Positions 25,387-35,806 of a stretch of 64,000 bases of DNA are shown here, piece by piece. A program made the translations under genes and the position numbers. The notes below the pieces were generated by a model that was not told where the DNA came from, did no database searches, and saw nothing but the letters and a program-made list of their open reading frames with translations. Source of the stretch: Planctomycetia bacterium (lineage in GTDB: Bacteria; Planctomycetota; MHYJ01; WSZJ01); assembly GCA_020849035.1 (NCBI GenBank), contig JADLHC010000130.1:8214-72213 (forward strand), written 5' to 3'. The stretch's first letter is position 1, and the number at the start of each line of letters is the position of its first letter.

Positions 25387-26280
25387 TCACGAGCGCAGAA
25401 GGTCCGGCGCCCAGATCCACCCCTCCTGGGCGATGGCGGCCCGGTCCTCCTCGCTCGCCTCCGGCTCGTACTCCCGCAGCAGGTCGGGGGTCATGTTTTT
25501 CGCCACGATCTCCGGCGCCGGGGTCGCGCCCGGGTCGACCGGGGGGAGGAGCGGGAAGCGCCCGCGGGCGATCCCGGTCGCGGCCACGTCGTACCAGACC
25601 GCGTTGAGCGCGCACACCGTCGCGTCCAGCGCGTTCGCGTCGTCGCCGCGCTGCGACTCCGGTATGCACGCGCTGGTGAAGTTGATCCACTTCTCCGACC
25701 ACCACACGGCCGGGTGCACCTCGATCGCCGCCATGCGCGTCTGACCCGGGACGTCCGGCCGGAACGGGGGCACCGCCATCTGCGGGTTCTCCCGGATGAC
25801 CTCCGCGAGCGCCGCCCGCGCCTTGGTCCCGTTGTTGGTCAGCCGGTCGAGGCTCGGCGAAAGGGGCTTCACGTCGAAGCGCTTCGCGACGAGGCGGTCC
25901 GTGACGCGGTAGGCGAGGCGCCAGTCGGCGAAGCGTTCGAGAGCGTACTCGGGTTCGGGGACGCGGGCGATGTCGGCCTGGATGGCCTGGGTGAAGCGTG
26001 CGGGGACGCCGAGGGGGGCATTGACGGCGAGGACGACGCGGTCGAAGCGGTCGAGGGTGGCCATGGGGTCGAGGAGGCGGAGGAGGCGCTCGAGGGACCA
26101 GCGCTGGCCCTCGAGCTCCTTCCAGAGGGAGACGGTGCGGCCGGGGATCTGGCGGAGGAGTGTGCCGCTGTGGCCGAAGGTGTAGGCGGCGAGGCCGTCG
26201 GTCTTGCCGAGCCAGCCGCCGACGTCCCAGCCGATGTAGAGCCGTCGTCCGACGCGGGTGCCGGTGTCGCGGTCGATCAT
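25387..26280 (-). CDS. DUF429-like (RNase-H-fold) hypothetical protein
   Basis: Start at internal Met 26280 (MIDRDTG) preceded by GGAGGG; YIGWDVGGWLGKTDGLAA N-terminal motif as in DUF429 proteins; upstream 124 codons of the listed ORF judged artefact. Confidence 0.45.
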   Translation of the reverse strand: MIDRDTGTRVGRRLYIGWDVGGWLGKTDGLAAYTFGHSGTLLRQIPGRTVSLWKELEGQRWSLERLLRLLDPMATLDRFDRVVLAVNAPLGVPARFTQAIQADIARVPEPEYALERFADWRLAYRVTDRLVAKRFDVKPLSPSLDRLTNNGTKARAALAEVIRENPQMAVPPFRPDVPGQTRMAAIEVHPAVWWSEKWINFTSACIPESQRGDDANALDATVCALNAVWYDVAATGIARGRFPLLPPVDPGATPAPEIVAKNMTPDLLREYEPEASEEDRAAIAQEGWIWAPDLLRS

Positions 26281-26617
26281 GGTCCCTCCGTTGTCCCCCG
26301 CGGGGATCTTACTGCTTCGGGGTCGGGTGCTACCATTTCGCGAGTGGAGACGACGCGCGACCCGGGGAGGCTGCTCGCCCGCATCGAGAGGGAGGCGGGC
26401 GTGCCCGGTCTCGCCTCGATCCTCGTGGACCGGCTTTCGCCGACGGACCTGCAGTCGCTGATGCTGCTCCCGGAGTCCGGCGCACCCGTGGAGGTCGGTG
26501 ACGGCGGCTTCAACGACTGGACGGCCAGGCTCCTCGGCAACGCGAAGGAGCGCCTGCTGTGCGGTTGTATTGCCGGAGAGCGTGTGCTGCAGGCCGCGAG
26601 GCAGTAGGATTCCCTCG

Positions 26618-27013
26618 ATGACGCGCGACGAGACTGACATCCGGGAGGTCATCGCTTCGTGGGCCCGGGCGGCCGAGGCGGGGGACTACGAGGCGGTCTT
26701 CTCGCTGATCGCGGCGGACGGCGTGATGCTCGTCGCCGGCCTGCCCGCCTTCCGCAGCCGCGCCGAGTACCGCGCGTTCGTGCTCGGCGCTGTCAAACCC
26801 GGGCGGCAATTCAAGGCTACCTTCGACATCCGCGAGATCGCCGTCTTCGGCGACTGGGCCCACGTCTGGACCCGCGAACGCTCCGAAATCGTCCGCGAGC
26901 CCGGTACGCCCGTCGTCCGCGCTTCCGGCGACTCGCTCAACGTGCTGCGGCGGCTGCCCGGCGGCGGCTGGTGCATCGCCCTCGCGGCGAACATGATGGC
27001 GCTGGAGGTCTGA
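26618..27013 (+). CDS. SnoaL-like/DUF4440 (NTF2-fold) protein
   Basis: 131 aa; IREVIASWARAAEAGDYEAVFSLIAADGVMLVAG typical NTF2-like start; TGATG 1-nt overlap with downstream paralog. Confidence 0.6.
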   Translation: MTRDETDIREVIASWARAAEAGDYEAVFSLIAADGVMLVAGLPAFRSRAEYRAFVLGAVKPGRQFKATFDIREIAVFGDWAHVWTRERSEIVREPGTPVVRASGDSLNVLRRLPGGGWCIALAANMMALEV

Positions 27014-27396
27014 TGGGAGCGGAGCAGGATCTGCGGGACATGATCGCCGCGTGGATCCGCGCGGTCGCGGAGGACGACGTGGAGACGCTGGCGGCGCTGG
27101 CGGCGCCGGACGTCGTTTTCCTCGCGCCGGGCCGGGCGCCCGTCGAGGGCCGGGACGCGTGGCTCACGGTGCGCGACCGGCCGATCCACGGCGTCGAGAC
27201 CCGCTGCGAACCGCAGCAGGTCCGGGCCTACGGGGACGCCGGCCACGCCTGGTTCGACCTGCGGCTCCGGATCCCGGCCGCGCAGGGCGCTTCCGAAGTC
27301 CGGATCGAGGGGCATCTCCTGGCGCTCTACCGGCGGGACGCGGCGGGACAGTGGCGCCTCGCGCGCGAGGCGAGGATGCTGGCGCCTGGAAAGTGA
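27013..27396 (+). CDS. SnoaL-like/DUF4440 (NTF2-fold) protein, tandem paralog
   Basis: 127 aa; LRDMIAAWIRAVAEDDVETLAALAAPDVVFLAPG parallels upstream gene. Confidence 0.6.
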   Translation: MGAEQDLRDMIAAWIRAVAEDDVETLAALAAPDVVFLAPGRAPVEGRDAWLTVRDRPIHGVETRCEPQQVRAYGDAGHAWFDLRLRIPAAQGASEVRIEGHLLALYRRDAAGQWRLAREARMLAPGK

Positions 27397-27439
27397 CGCG
27401 GCGGGAAACCCGCGGGGACCGGCCGGTGTAGAAGCGGGG

Positions 27440-29551
27440 ATGAAACTCGTTCGGACGGCCCTGCTCCTGGCGCTCGCCGTGAACGCCCACGCCGGGAACC
27501 TGCTGAAGAACGGCGGCTTCGAGTCCGGACCGGCGCGCCCGCCCGAAGGCTGGACGCTCGAGGACCGCGCGCGCCCCCTCGGGGCCCTCGAGTGGGACGA
27601 GTCGGCGCCCGGCGGGAAGCGCGCGCTCCGCCTCGTCCCCACCCCGAAGAACACCCGCCTGGATGCGCCGTTCGGCGTCGGACAGAGCATCCCCGTCGAG
27701 ACCCTCGCCGGAAAGACGCTCCGCGTGGCCGCGCGCCTGCGCTGCGACGGCGCCGCCGTCGGCCAGGTCGTGACGCTCGTCGTCCGCCGGGGCGGCGCGT
27801 TCGAGCTCGGGCCGACCCTCAAGGACGAAATCCTCAAGGGCCAGTGGCGGCTCTACCGCAACAGCCTTCGACTGCCCCGGGACGCGACGTCGGTCGTCCT
27901 CGTCCTCGCCGTCCTCGGGACTTCCGGCACCGCTTCCTTCGACGACGTCGAGCTGGCCGAGGGGCCCTCGCGCGTCGAAGAGGACCGGGCGCTGGATCTC
28001 GAGGCCGCAAAGACAACCGTCCGGGTGAGCGTGGACGCCGGGAAGGACCTTCGCAGGGTCAACACGGACGTCTTCGGCACGAACATTCCGTGGGTCTGGA
28101 ACGGGAACTGGCTCTGGGACGACAGGGCGAACCGGCTCGATCCCGCCCTCGTCGCCCTGTCCCGCGATCTCGGGCCGAGCGTCCTCCGTTTTCCCGCCGG
28201 GTTCTTCGCCGACTACTACCACTGGCGCGACGGCGTCGGGGACCGCTCGAAGCGGCCGGAGCGCCCGCACGACGTGGGGAAGGAGACGTCGCCGAACAAC
28301 TTCGGCACGGACGAACTCGTGGAGTTCTCGCGCCTGACCGGCGGGCGGCTGATGCTGCAGGCCAACATCGTGACGGGCACCCCCGAGGAGGCGGCCGCGT
28401 GGGCGGGCTACCTGAAGTCGAAGGGCGCGCTGGATCGCGTCGCGTACTGGGAGCTGGGGAACGAGAGCTACCTGAACGACGGCGGTCCCCAGTCGGCGAC
28501 GAGCGCGCGCACGCCCCGGGAGTACGCGGCGCTTGTGAAGCCGTTCGCGAAGGCCATCCGGGCGGTGGACCCGGACGCGAAGATCATCGCGATCGGCGCC
28601 GAGCGCTGGGAGGCGCGCGACGGCGCGGGCGCCGACCACGACTGGAACGGCCCGGTCCTCGAGGCGGCGGGCGACGACATCGACGCGCTCGCCGTCCACG
28701 TCGGCTACTACCCGATCTGCTACCCCGACCGCGACGAGCCCGTGGAAACCGTCTACCGCTTCATGCTCGCGGGCCCCGAGGCCGTCGCCGCGAAATTCGC
28801 GCGGTTCGAAGGCGACATCCGCCGGCACGCTCCGGGACGGGCCGGGAAGATCGGCCTCGCGCTCACGGAATGGGCGCCGTTCTTCCACTTCAAACCGGAC
28901 GAGCGCTTCGTGGATCACATCCGCACCCTGGGCTCGGCCGTCTACACCGCGGCGCTGGCGCGCCTGCTCCTCGACACGCCGGGCGTCCGCGTCGCCAACT
29001 ACTTCCAGCTCTGCGACCCGATCTTCAACGGGACCATCGGCGCGAACGGCAAGGCCCCCAGGGCCACCTACTACGCGCTCCAGCTCTTCACACGGCATTT
29101 CGGAACCACGCTGGTTCCGTCCTCGGCCGCCGGCCCGGCGTTCGACGCGCCCTCCCTCGGCTACGGCGGGGACATCCAGGAAGCCCCGTACGTCCTGGTT
29201 CTCGCGTCGAGGAGCGAGGACGGGAGGCGGCTGTTCGTGATGGCGATCAACCGGAACCTGTCCGCGGGCATGCCTGTGGAGGTGGAGGTGAAGGGGTTTG
29301 CGCCGAAGGCGGCGGGGATTGCGTGGCGCCTGTCGGGGAAGGCGATGGACGCGCACAACGGATGCGACAACTTCACGCCCCCGGGGATGACGTGGGCGAA
29401 GCAGGCGCACGCGGAGGGGTCGCCGGCGTTCGAGGAGTGGAAGGCGGGGAGCGTGACCCTGGAGGGAAGACCGTTCGCGGGGTTCGGCGGGACGTTCCGG
29501 GACGTGCTGCCGGAACATTCGGTGACGGTTTATGAGATGGAGGCGGAATAG
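27440..29551 (+). CDS. secreted GH51 alpha-L-arabinofuranosidase with N-terminal CBM-like domain
   Basis: Signal peptide MKLVRTALLLALAVNAHA; LLKNGGFESG CBM4/9/22-like start; catalytic-acid motif YWELGNESY, second motif LALTEWAPF; C-terminal beta-sandwich (TVYEME). Confidence 0.8.
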   Translation: MKLVRTALLLALAVNAHAGNLLKNGGFESGPARPPEGWTLEDRARPLGALEWDESAPGGKRALRLVPTPKNTRLDAPFGVGQSIPVETLAGKTLRVAARLRCDGAAVGQVVTLVVRRGGAFELGPTLKDEILKGQWRLYRNSLRLPRDATSVVLVLAVLGTSGTASFDDVELAEGPSRVEEDRALDLEAAKTTVRVSVDAGKDLRRVNTDVFGTNIPWVWNGNWLWDDRANRLDPALVALSRDLGPSVLRFPAGFFADYYHWRDGVGDRSKRPERPHDVGKETSPNNFGTDELVEFSRLTGGRLMLQANIVTGTPEEAAAWAGYLKSKGALDRVAYWELGNESYLNDGGPQSATSARTPREYAALVKPFAKAIRAVDPDAKIIAIGAERWEARDGAGADHDWNGPVLEAAGDDIDALAVHVGYYPICYPDRDEPVETVYRFMLAGPEAVAAKFARFEGDIRRHAPGRAGKIGLALTEWAPFFHFKPDERFVDHIRTLGSAVYTAALARLLLDTPGVRVANYFQLCDPIFNGTIGANGKAPRATYYALQLFTRHFGTTLVPSSAAGPAFDAPSLGYGGDIQEAPYVLVLASRSEDGRRLFVMAINRNLSAGMPVEVEVKGFAPKAAGIAWRLSGKAMDAHNGCDNFTPPGMTWAKQAHAEGSPAFEEWKAGSVTLEGRPFAGFGGTFRDVLPEHSVTVYEMEAE

Positions 29552-29622
29552 CGGGCGGTTCGGACGTGGACTCCCGTGGGCCCCGCGCTACCATGGCGTG
29601 CCACATCAGGGAGTGAGTTTCC

Positions 29623-30327
29623 ATGGGCGATAGTCCGGATCACTCGTCCGGGGTCGGCTTTCCGACGACGCTGTGGTCCCAGGTCCTTTCCGCGGGGCGC
29701 GGGTCCGCCCGCGCCTTCGAGGCGCTGGCGCGGCGCTATCGCCCCGTCGTGCTCACGCTCGTGCGCTGGTCCCTGCGGCTCCACGGTCCCGCGCGGGTGG
29801 ACCCGGAGGACGTCGTCCAGGACTTCTTCCTGCACCTGACCGAGCGGCGCGGCGCGATCCTCGGCCGCGCCGATCGCACCCGCGGGCGCTTCCGGGCCTG
29901 GCTGCGCGCCTGCCTCCGTAACTGGCTGCTCGACTGGAGCGAGCAGGCGAGGCGGCGCGAACGTGGCGCGGCAGCGGCGGGCGGCGCGGGCGAGATCGCG
30001 GGCGACGAGATGGAGCGGGAGTTCGACCGCCAGTGGGCGCGCGACGTCATGGACTCCGCGATGCGGCGGCTCCAGGAGGACGCCGGCACCCGGGCCCTCG
30101 AGGCCCATGACCTCCGCGTCTGGCAGCTGAAACACGGCGGTGACGACCCGTCGGCCCGCGAAATCGCCATGGCGCTCGGCCTCCCCGAGAACGCCGTCGT
30201 CGTGTCGCTCCGCCGCACGCGGCGTCGCTTCCGCATCCACCTCGAAGCGGAAGTCGAGGCGACCGTGACGTCGCGAGAGGAACTGGAGGAGGAGATCCGG
30301 GACCTGCGGCGGGCGGCCGGGGCATAG
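29623..30327 (+). CDS. ECF-type RNA polymerase sigma factor
   Basis: 234 aa; region-2-like FEALARRYRPVVLTLVRW...DVVQDFFLHL and region-4-like AREIAMALGLPENAVVVSLRRTRRRF; immediately upstream of Ser/Thr kinase. Confidence 0.75.
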   Translation: MGDSPDHSSGVGFPTTLWSQVLSAGRGSARAFEALARRYRPVVLTLVRWSLRLHGPARVDPEDVVQDFFLHLTERRGAILGRADRTRGRFRAWLRACLRNWLLDWSEQARRRERGAAAAGGAGEIAGDEMEREFDRQWARDVMDSAMRRLQEDAGTRALEAHDLRVWQLKHGGDDPSAREIAMALGLPENAVVVSLRRTRRRFRIHLEAEVEATVTSREELEEEIRDLRRAAGA

Positions 30328-30337
30328 GGGAGGAGGC

Positions 30338-33300
30338 ATGGGCGGGGGGCGGGCGTGCGCGAAGTGCGGCGGCGACCTGGAGCTCCGGGCGGGCGGGTCG
30401 TTCTGCCCGCGGTGCGCCCTCCGCTCGGCCTTCGAGGACGATGCCCGCGTGATCCCGCCGGCGTCGTCGCTCCCGTCCCGGGGCGCCGTGCCCGCGGAGG
30501 TCCTGGCCGCGCCCGCCGATCACCGGATCGGGCGCTACGTCCGCACGGCGCGTCTCGGCGACGGCGGCATGGGCGAGGTGTGGCAGGCATGGGACACGGA
30601 GCTCGAGCGCTGGGTCGCGCTGAAATTCGTGAAGGGCGGGAGCGGCGAGGATGTGGAGCGCCTGCGCCGCGAGGCGCGCACGACCGCGACCCTGTCTCAC
30701 CCGAACATCGCCCCCGTGTTCGAGGTCGGGGAAGAGGGCGGACGGCACTTCATCGCGATGCGCCTCATCGAGGGGCGGACGATGAGGGGATGGCCGCGAG
30801 GGGACCGGGCGGAGGTTGTGGCCCTGGTCCGGGACGCGGCGCGGGCCGTGGCGCACGCGAATGATCGCGGGATCGTCCACCGGGACCTGAAGCCCGACAA
30901 CCTGATGGTGGAGCGTGGTCCCGCCGGGGCGCATGTGTGGGTCATGGACTTCGGGCTGGCCCGCGTCGTCTCCACCCCCTCGGGGTTCTCGGTGACCGGG
31001 ATCATTCTCGGCACGCCCGCCTACATGAGCCCCGAGCAGGCCGCAGGGGACCCCGCCGACGCGCGCTCGGACGTGTACTCGCTCGGCGCGACGCTCTTCG
31101 ACCTCCTCACCGGGCGGCCGCCGTTCGAGGGGAAGAGCAGCCTGGACGTGCTGCTGAAGGTCCGCCAGGACGATCCGCCGCGGCTGAGGGAACTGGACGC
31201 GACGCTGGAGCCGGACCTGGAGACGATCGTTGCGAAGTGCCTCGAGAAGGAAGCGGGGAGACGGTATTCGACGGTGGGGGAGGTGGCGGACGAACTCGAC
31301 CGGTGGCTGCGGCACGATCCGATCCGGGCGCGGCCGGCGAGCATCGCGTACCGGGCGCGCAAGGCGATCCGGCGACACCGCGCGCCTGTCGCCGTCGGCG
31401 CGGTGGCGCTCGTCCTCGTGGTGACGGCCGCCTCGTTCCGTCCGGCCTCGGAGGCGCTGGCGCGGTCGCGGGAGGCGGCGGCCCGGTCGGCGCGGGAGTC
31501 CGATGCGCGCCGGAGGCTGGCCGGGGCGCGCGAGCGGCTCGCGCGCGGCGAGGCGGCCGCCGCGCGCGACGAGGCGCTCGCGGTCGCCTCCATGACCGCG
31601 GACGGCGCCGCGATCCCCGTGGCGCAGGCGCATGCGGTTGCCGCGCAGGCGCTGGAACTGCTGGGGAAGGCGGACGAGGTTCACGCCGAGACCACGAGGG
31701 CCTGGATCTCAGGCGCCGCGTCCGCGGATCCGGGGGAACGCGCCGCTGCCGCGGAGGCGCTGTTCCTGGCCGGCCGGATCTGGGAGGCGCGAGGGGAGCT
31801 GTCGCACGCGCGCGGCGCCTGGCGCTCGGTCGTGTCCCGGTTCCCGGACGTCCAGTGCGCTCCGGACGCGGCCTTCTTCGCGGCGCGCGCAAGCATGCAG
31901 CTCGGCGAGCTCTCGACGGCCTTTCGCGAGTTCTCCGCGCTCGTCGCGCGGCCGGGACTCGATCCCTCCCGGAGGCAAGAGGCGGAGCAACGGGTCGACC
32001 TCCTGCGGCATCTCGCCTCCGTCCGCGAGTTCGCGCTGCCCCCCGGGCACGTCGTCGCGGCCCGGCTCCACGGCGGCTCGCCTCCACGCCTCGTCGCGCT
32101 CGGCCGCGACGGAGCCCTGCAGGTGCTGCAGTTTGGCTCCGCGGGCCTCGACGTCGCATTCGAGTCACGGCTCGCGGCGCCGCAACCGTCGGCCGTTTGG
32201 GTGCGCGCCTTCGCGGCCGACCTCGACGGCGACGGCTCCGACGAGATCCTCGCCACCTGGGACGCCCCGCGGCCCGAACTCTCCTTCGGAGGACTCCGCG
32301 TCCTCCGCCGGCGCGACCATGCCCTCGAGGCCGTCGCTGACATCCCCCTGAAGTCGAGCGTCGTCGCCGCCCTTCCCGTCGACCTCGACGGCGACGGCAG
32401 ACGCGAGCTCGTTTTCGGCACCCAGTACGAGGACCGCACCCTCCAGGTCTGGTCCCTCTCCGGCCCGTCTCCGCAGAAGCTCTTCGAGCATTCCTTCGGC
32501 GGCGGCTCCGACGTCTTCGATATCCGCGAGACCGGCGTTGCCCCGGGCGATTTGCTCGTCTCCTTCGGGGGCTGGAAGGGGTGGAGGCTGTGGCGTGCTC
32601 GCTGGCAGCCGGAGGCGAAACTCCTCGCCGCGTCGGCGACGTCGCCGGATCTCGTCCACGCGAGGTCGCTCGTTCTCCTGGCCCCCGGCCGCTTCGCCAT
32701 CGCCAACTGGTGGCCGGAGGACCATGCCCGCGCGGCCGGGCGGCTTTCGCCGGCTCACCGGCTGGAGCCCGGGCTTTACGAGGTGACGTGCAGCCGGGAG
32801 GGCGGGCTCGAAGCGCCGCGCCTGTGGATGTCGATCGACGGGGAGGCCGAGGTCGAGCGGGCGGCCCCGGCGCGGGTGGCGGGACGCGACATGGTCGTGC
32901 TCCAGTCGCGGAGGGTCGTGGAGGGCGGCTACAGGCCCCGGATCGACCTGGTCCCGGTGGACGCTCCCGGCGCGCCGGTCGCCACGCTCACCCTGGAGCC
33001 CGAGGTCTTCCTCGGCACCGCCGATTTCGACGGCGACGGCGACCTCGAGCTCGCGACCACGAGGTCAGCGGGGGGCGGCGGGCTGATCCGCGTCCATGGC
33101 TGGGGGGGAGCCGTCGCGGACGGCGATCCGGCCCGAGTCGAAGGGGACGCCGCCTCGGCCCTCGCGCCGGGCCGCGACCTTCTCGCCGCCGGGCTCTTCG
33201 ACGGCGCCGCCGACGCCTGCGCCCGTATCGGCGACTGGGTTGGCGCCGGCCTTGCCCGCATGGAACAGGGCCGCTTCGCCGACGCCGCCGACCTCCTCGG

Positions 33301-34381
33301 CCGCGCGGCCGGCTCCTCCCGCACCGAAGCCCTCCGGCACCTTGCGGCCTGCCTCCGCCGCCTCCGGGACTGGCCGCGTCTCTGCTCCACGCTCCAGGAA
33401 CTCTGCGAGCGGCCCGACCTCGATCCGCTCGAACGGCGGCAGGGCGAGCTCGAACTCCAGGCCGCGCACCTGTCCGCCCGCCTCGTGCCGCGCGCCGAAG
33501 TCCGGAGCCTGGCCTTCGCCCCGGGCCTCCGCGCCGAGAACCCCTGCCTCGTCCGCGCGGCGGGCGAAGACCTGGAGTTCCTCGTGGGCAAGGGCTACCG
33601 GACCTGCAGCGGGCTCCCGTTCGTGCTCACGGGCGGGCCGTTCCGCGCGCGGTGGTCCATGAAGATCGAGCCGCACGTCCTCGAGGCGAGCCCGATCGTC
33701 GGCTTCCGCGGCGCGCGCGACCGCCTCGGAGTCGCCTGCTTCCTCTCGGCGACGGCGAGCGCGCCGAGCGAGAAGCAGGCTCTGCTCTGGGACTGCGAGC
33801 CGTCGTGGTCGGAGAGCACGCCCGAACGGGACAACCGGTTCGAGACAGGAAGCGACTGGTTCGACGTCGAGATCGAGTACGCGCCTTCGGTGCCCATTCT
33901 GCACGCGACCTTCTCGCGCGGCGGGTCGCGCTACGACCTGGACCTGCACCCGCGCGGCCCGCTCACCCCCGGCGCCTACGTGTTCGGCCCGTTCGGACGC
34001 CGCGGCGAATCGGCGCCGACCGAGCAGCCCACGGTCGTGGTGATCCGGAACCTCGCGTTCGAGTCATCGGACCTCCTCTCCGGCCTCCGCCCGGCGTCGC
34101 CGGGCGACGACGACCCCCTCGGCGACGCCAACGGCCTGCTGGCGAAGGGGCGGGCCGAGGAAGCGCTGGCGCTCTACGGCCGCGCCGGGTCGGCCTCGCC
34201 CCGAGAGCACCCCGAGGCCGCGTTCTTCGCCGCGGTCGCGCTCCACAGGCTCGGCCGCGCCCCGGACGCCCGCGAGGCGCTTCGCACCCTGCGCGCCGCG
34301 GCCCCCGCCGATGCCGGCCGGCTCCTCTCCGAGTCCTGGGCAGGCCTTTCCGGCCCCGAGCGCGACTTTTTCCGGGAGTAG
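30338..34381 (+). CDS. Ser/Thr protein kinase, 1347 aa: N-terminal zinc ribbon, kinase domain, TM helix, large extracytoplasmic TPR / FG-GAP-like domain
   Basis: CAKCGGDL...CPRCAL; LGDGGMGEVWQAWD...VALKFV, HRDLKPDNLMV, DFGLAR, GTPAYMSPEQ; TM VAVGAVALVLVVTAASF; repeated DxDGDG motifs (DLDGDGSDE, DLDGDGRRE, DFDGDGDLE); RBS GGGGAGGAGG before ATG. Confidence 0.9.
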   Translation: MGGGRACAKCGGDLELRAGGSFCPRCALRSAFEDDARVIPPASSLPSRGAVPAEVLAAPADHRIGRYVRTARLGDGGMGEVWQAWDTELERWVALKFVKGGSGEDVERLRREARTTATLSHPNIAPVFEVGEEGGRHFIAMRLIEGRTMRGWPRGDRAEVVALVRDAARAVAHANDRGIVHRDLKPDNLMVERGPAGAHVWVMDFGLARVVSTPSGFSVTGIILGTPAYMSPEQAAGDPADARSDVYSLGATLFDLLTGRPPFEGKSSLDVLLKVRQDDPPRLRELDATLEPDLETIVAKCLEKEAGRRYSTVGEVADELDRWLRHDPIRARPASIAYRARKAIRRHRAPVAVGAVALVLVVTAASFRPASEALARSREAAARSARESDARRRLAGARERLARGEAAAARDEALAVASMTADGAAIPVAQAHAVAAQALELLGKADEVHAETTRAWISGAASADPGERAAAAEALFLAGRIWEARGELSHARGAWRSVVSRFPDVQCAPDAAFFAARASMQLGELSTAFREFSALVARPGLDPSRRQEAEQRVDLLRHLASVREFALPPGHVVAARLHGGSPPRLVALGRDGALQVLQFGSAGLDVAFESRLAAPQPSAVWVRAFAADLDGDGSDEILATWDAPRPELSFGGLRVLRRRDHALEAVADIPLKSSVVAALPVDLDGDGRRELVFGTQYEDRTLQVWSLSGPSPQKLFEHSFGGGSDVFDIRETGVAPGDLLVSFGGWKGWRLWRARWQPEAKLLAASATSPDLVHARSLVLLAPGRFAIANWWPEDHARAAGRLSPAHRLEPGLYEVTCSREGGLEAPRLWMSIDGEAEVERAAPARVAGRDMVVLQSRRVVEGGYRPRIDLVPVDAPGAPVATLTLEPEVFLGTADFDGDGDLELATTRSAGGGGLIRVHGWGGAVADGDPARVEGDAASALAPGRDLLAAGLFDGAADACARIGDWVGAGLARMEQGRFADAADLLGRAAGSSRTEALRHLAACLRRLRDWPRLCSTLQELCERPDLDPLERRQGELELQAAHLSARLVPRAEVRSLAFAPGLRAENPCLVRAAGEDLEFLVGKGYRTCSGLPFVLTGGPFRARWSMKIEPHVLEASPIVGFRGARDRLGVACFLSATASAPSEKQALLWDCEPSWSESTPERDNRFETGSDWFDVEIEYAPSVPILHATFSRGGSRYDLDLHPRGPLTPGAYVFGPFGRRGESAPTEQPTVVVIRNLAFESSDLLSGLRPASPGDDDPLGDANGLLAKGRAEEALALYGRAGSASPREHPEAAFFAAVALHRLGRAPDAREALRTLRAAAPADAGRLLSESWAGLSGPERDFFRE

Positions 34382-34513
34382 TCCGGAATTTTCGTCACCG
34401 GATCCGCTTCCCGCCGTAAAGGCCGATGCTGAGGGAATCTTTGGAGGGAGGACCGGCGGGCGGCGCAGGCTCCGTCGTCACGGCGCGAGCCCCGCCCGCC
34501 GGCATGCATCGAG

Positions 34514-35176
34514 ATGCCCCACCGTGGAGCCGGCCGGACGCCGGGCCAATCGCCGCGCGACCCGAACAAGACCGACGTTCTCAATCCCGGTCTCGCGGCT
34601 GCCTTCTATAACTGCGGCCTCGATCGGCAGGACCAGGGCGACTTCGCAGGCGCCATCTCCGACTTCAGCCAGACGCTCAGATTCGAGCCCGAGCACTTCG
34701 GCGCCCTCATGGGCCGCGCCTTCGCCTGTGTCGCCCTCCTGAACTGGCGCGTGGCACTCGCCGACCTCCGTGCGATGAGCCGCATCGGGCTCGAGGCCCA
34801 CCGCGAGGATTCCCTGCGGCTCCAGGTCTGCGCCCTGCGGATGCGCCTGGGCGAAAGACAGCCCGCGGTGCTGGAACTGCGCGACTACTTCGCCCGCCGC
34901 GGCATCCGGAGCGTCTCGGGCTGGTCCTGGCGCCTCGCGGGGTTCCTGTGCGGCACCGTGACCGAGCGGGACCTGCTGACGGGCCTGGATCCGGCGGACG
35001 GAAACGCCTCGCGGTCCACGGCGTGCGAGGGGTACTGGCACGCGGCGACCGTGAAAGCCGTGGCCGGCGACACGGCCGCCGCGCGCGAACGCCTGTCCCG
35101 CTGCGCAGCCTTCCACCAGCCGACACTCGCCGTCTGGTGGGCCGCCCGCTCCGAACTTGCCCGACTGCCGTGCTGA
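34514..35176 (+). CDS. TPR-like repeat protein (start uncertain)
   Basis: 220-aa ORF with TPR-like helices (AAFYNCGLDRQDQGDFAGAISDFSQTLRFEPEHFGALMGRAFA); may start upstream with non-ATG codon. Confidence 0.4.
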   Translation: MPHRGAGRTPGQSPRDPNKTDVLNPGLAAAFYNCGLDRQDQGDFAGAISDFSQTLRFEPEHFGALMGRAFACVALLNWRVALADLRAMSRIGLEAHREDSLRLQVCALRMRLGERQPAVLELRDYFARRGIRSVSGWSWRLAGFLCGTVTERDLLTGLDPADGNASRSTACEGYWHAATVKAVAGDTAAARERLSRCAAFHQPTLAVWWAARSELARLPC

Positions 35177-35228
35177 ATCGCCACCGCCACCGGCCCCGCG
35201 CCGTCCTCACTCCCCGGGAGGGAACACC

Positions 35229-35738
35229 ATGACCGACCTCGACCAGATCGTCGTCTCCTCGTTGCGCAGCTTCCTCATGGAAGTCGTTTCCAACGGCTGG
35301 CAGGGGCGTGAAAGGGAAGCGGTCAGCCTCTACGCCTTCGGGGCGTTGCTCGCGGCCACGAAGCCGATGGTCGTCGACCCGCGCCAGATCGGCGTGGAGG
35401 TCGCCGTGCCCCAGATCCCCGCAAGAGGCGACGCCGCGAAGCTCTACGTCTGCAAGGACCTCGTGATCTGGCCGCGCCCGTTCGACAGCGCCTGGTCGAA
35501 CGCGGCCCCGCTCGCCGTCATGGAGTGGAAGGTCGATGCGGAGGTCAAGGCGCGGCGCGTCTCGGCCCCGGAGTTCCTAGAAACCGAACGGTGGCTCGAG
35601 GAGTTCACGCTCCTCCCGAAGCACGAGCAGACCTCCGGATATGCTGTCCACGTCAGCTTCTTCCCTCCGGCACGCGTCGTGTCCCTGCTCGCCTTCCGCT
35701 GCGGCAGGCGCTTCGAACTCACCCCGCACCTCTCCTGA
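35229..35738 (+). CDS. hypothetical protein
   Basis: 169 aa from MTDLDQIV, preceded by GGGAGGG RBS; no family recognised. Confidence 0.45.
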   Translation: MTDLDQIVVSSLRSFLMEVVSNGWQGREREAVSLYAFGALLAATKPMVVDPRQIGVEVAVPQIPARGDAAKLYVCKDLVIWPRPFDSAWSNAAPLAVMEWKVDAEVKARRVSAPEFLETERWLEEFTLLPKHEQTSGYAVHVSFFPPARVVSLLAFRCGRRFELTPHLS

Positions 35739-35806
35739 TCTCCCGCCTTGGGCGCGCCCCACCCCCGGCGTTACCATCCCCACTTCACCCACGCCGAGGA
35801 GTCCCC

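Noticed and set aside
30047-31684. 545-aa minus-strand ORF
   Set aside because: Antisense to the Ser/Thr kinase catalytic domain.
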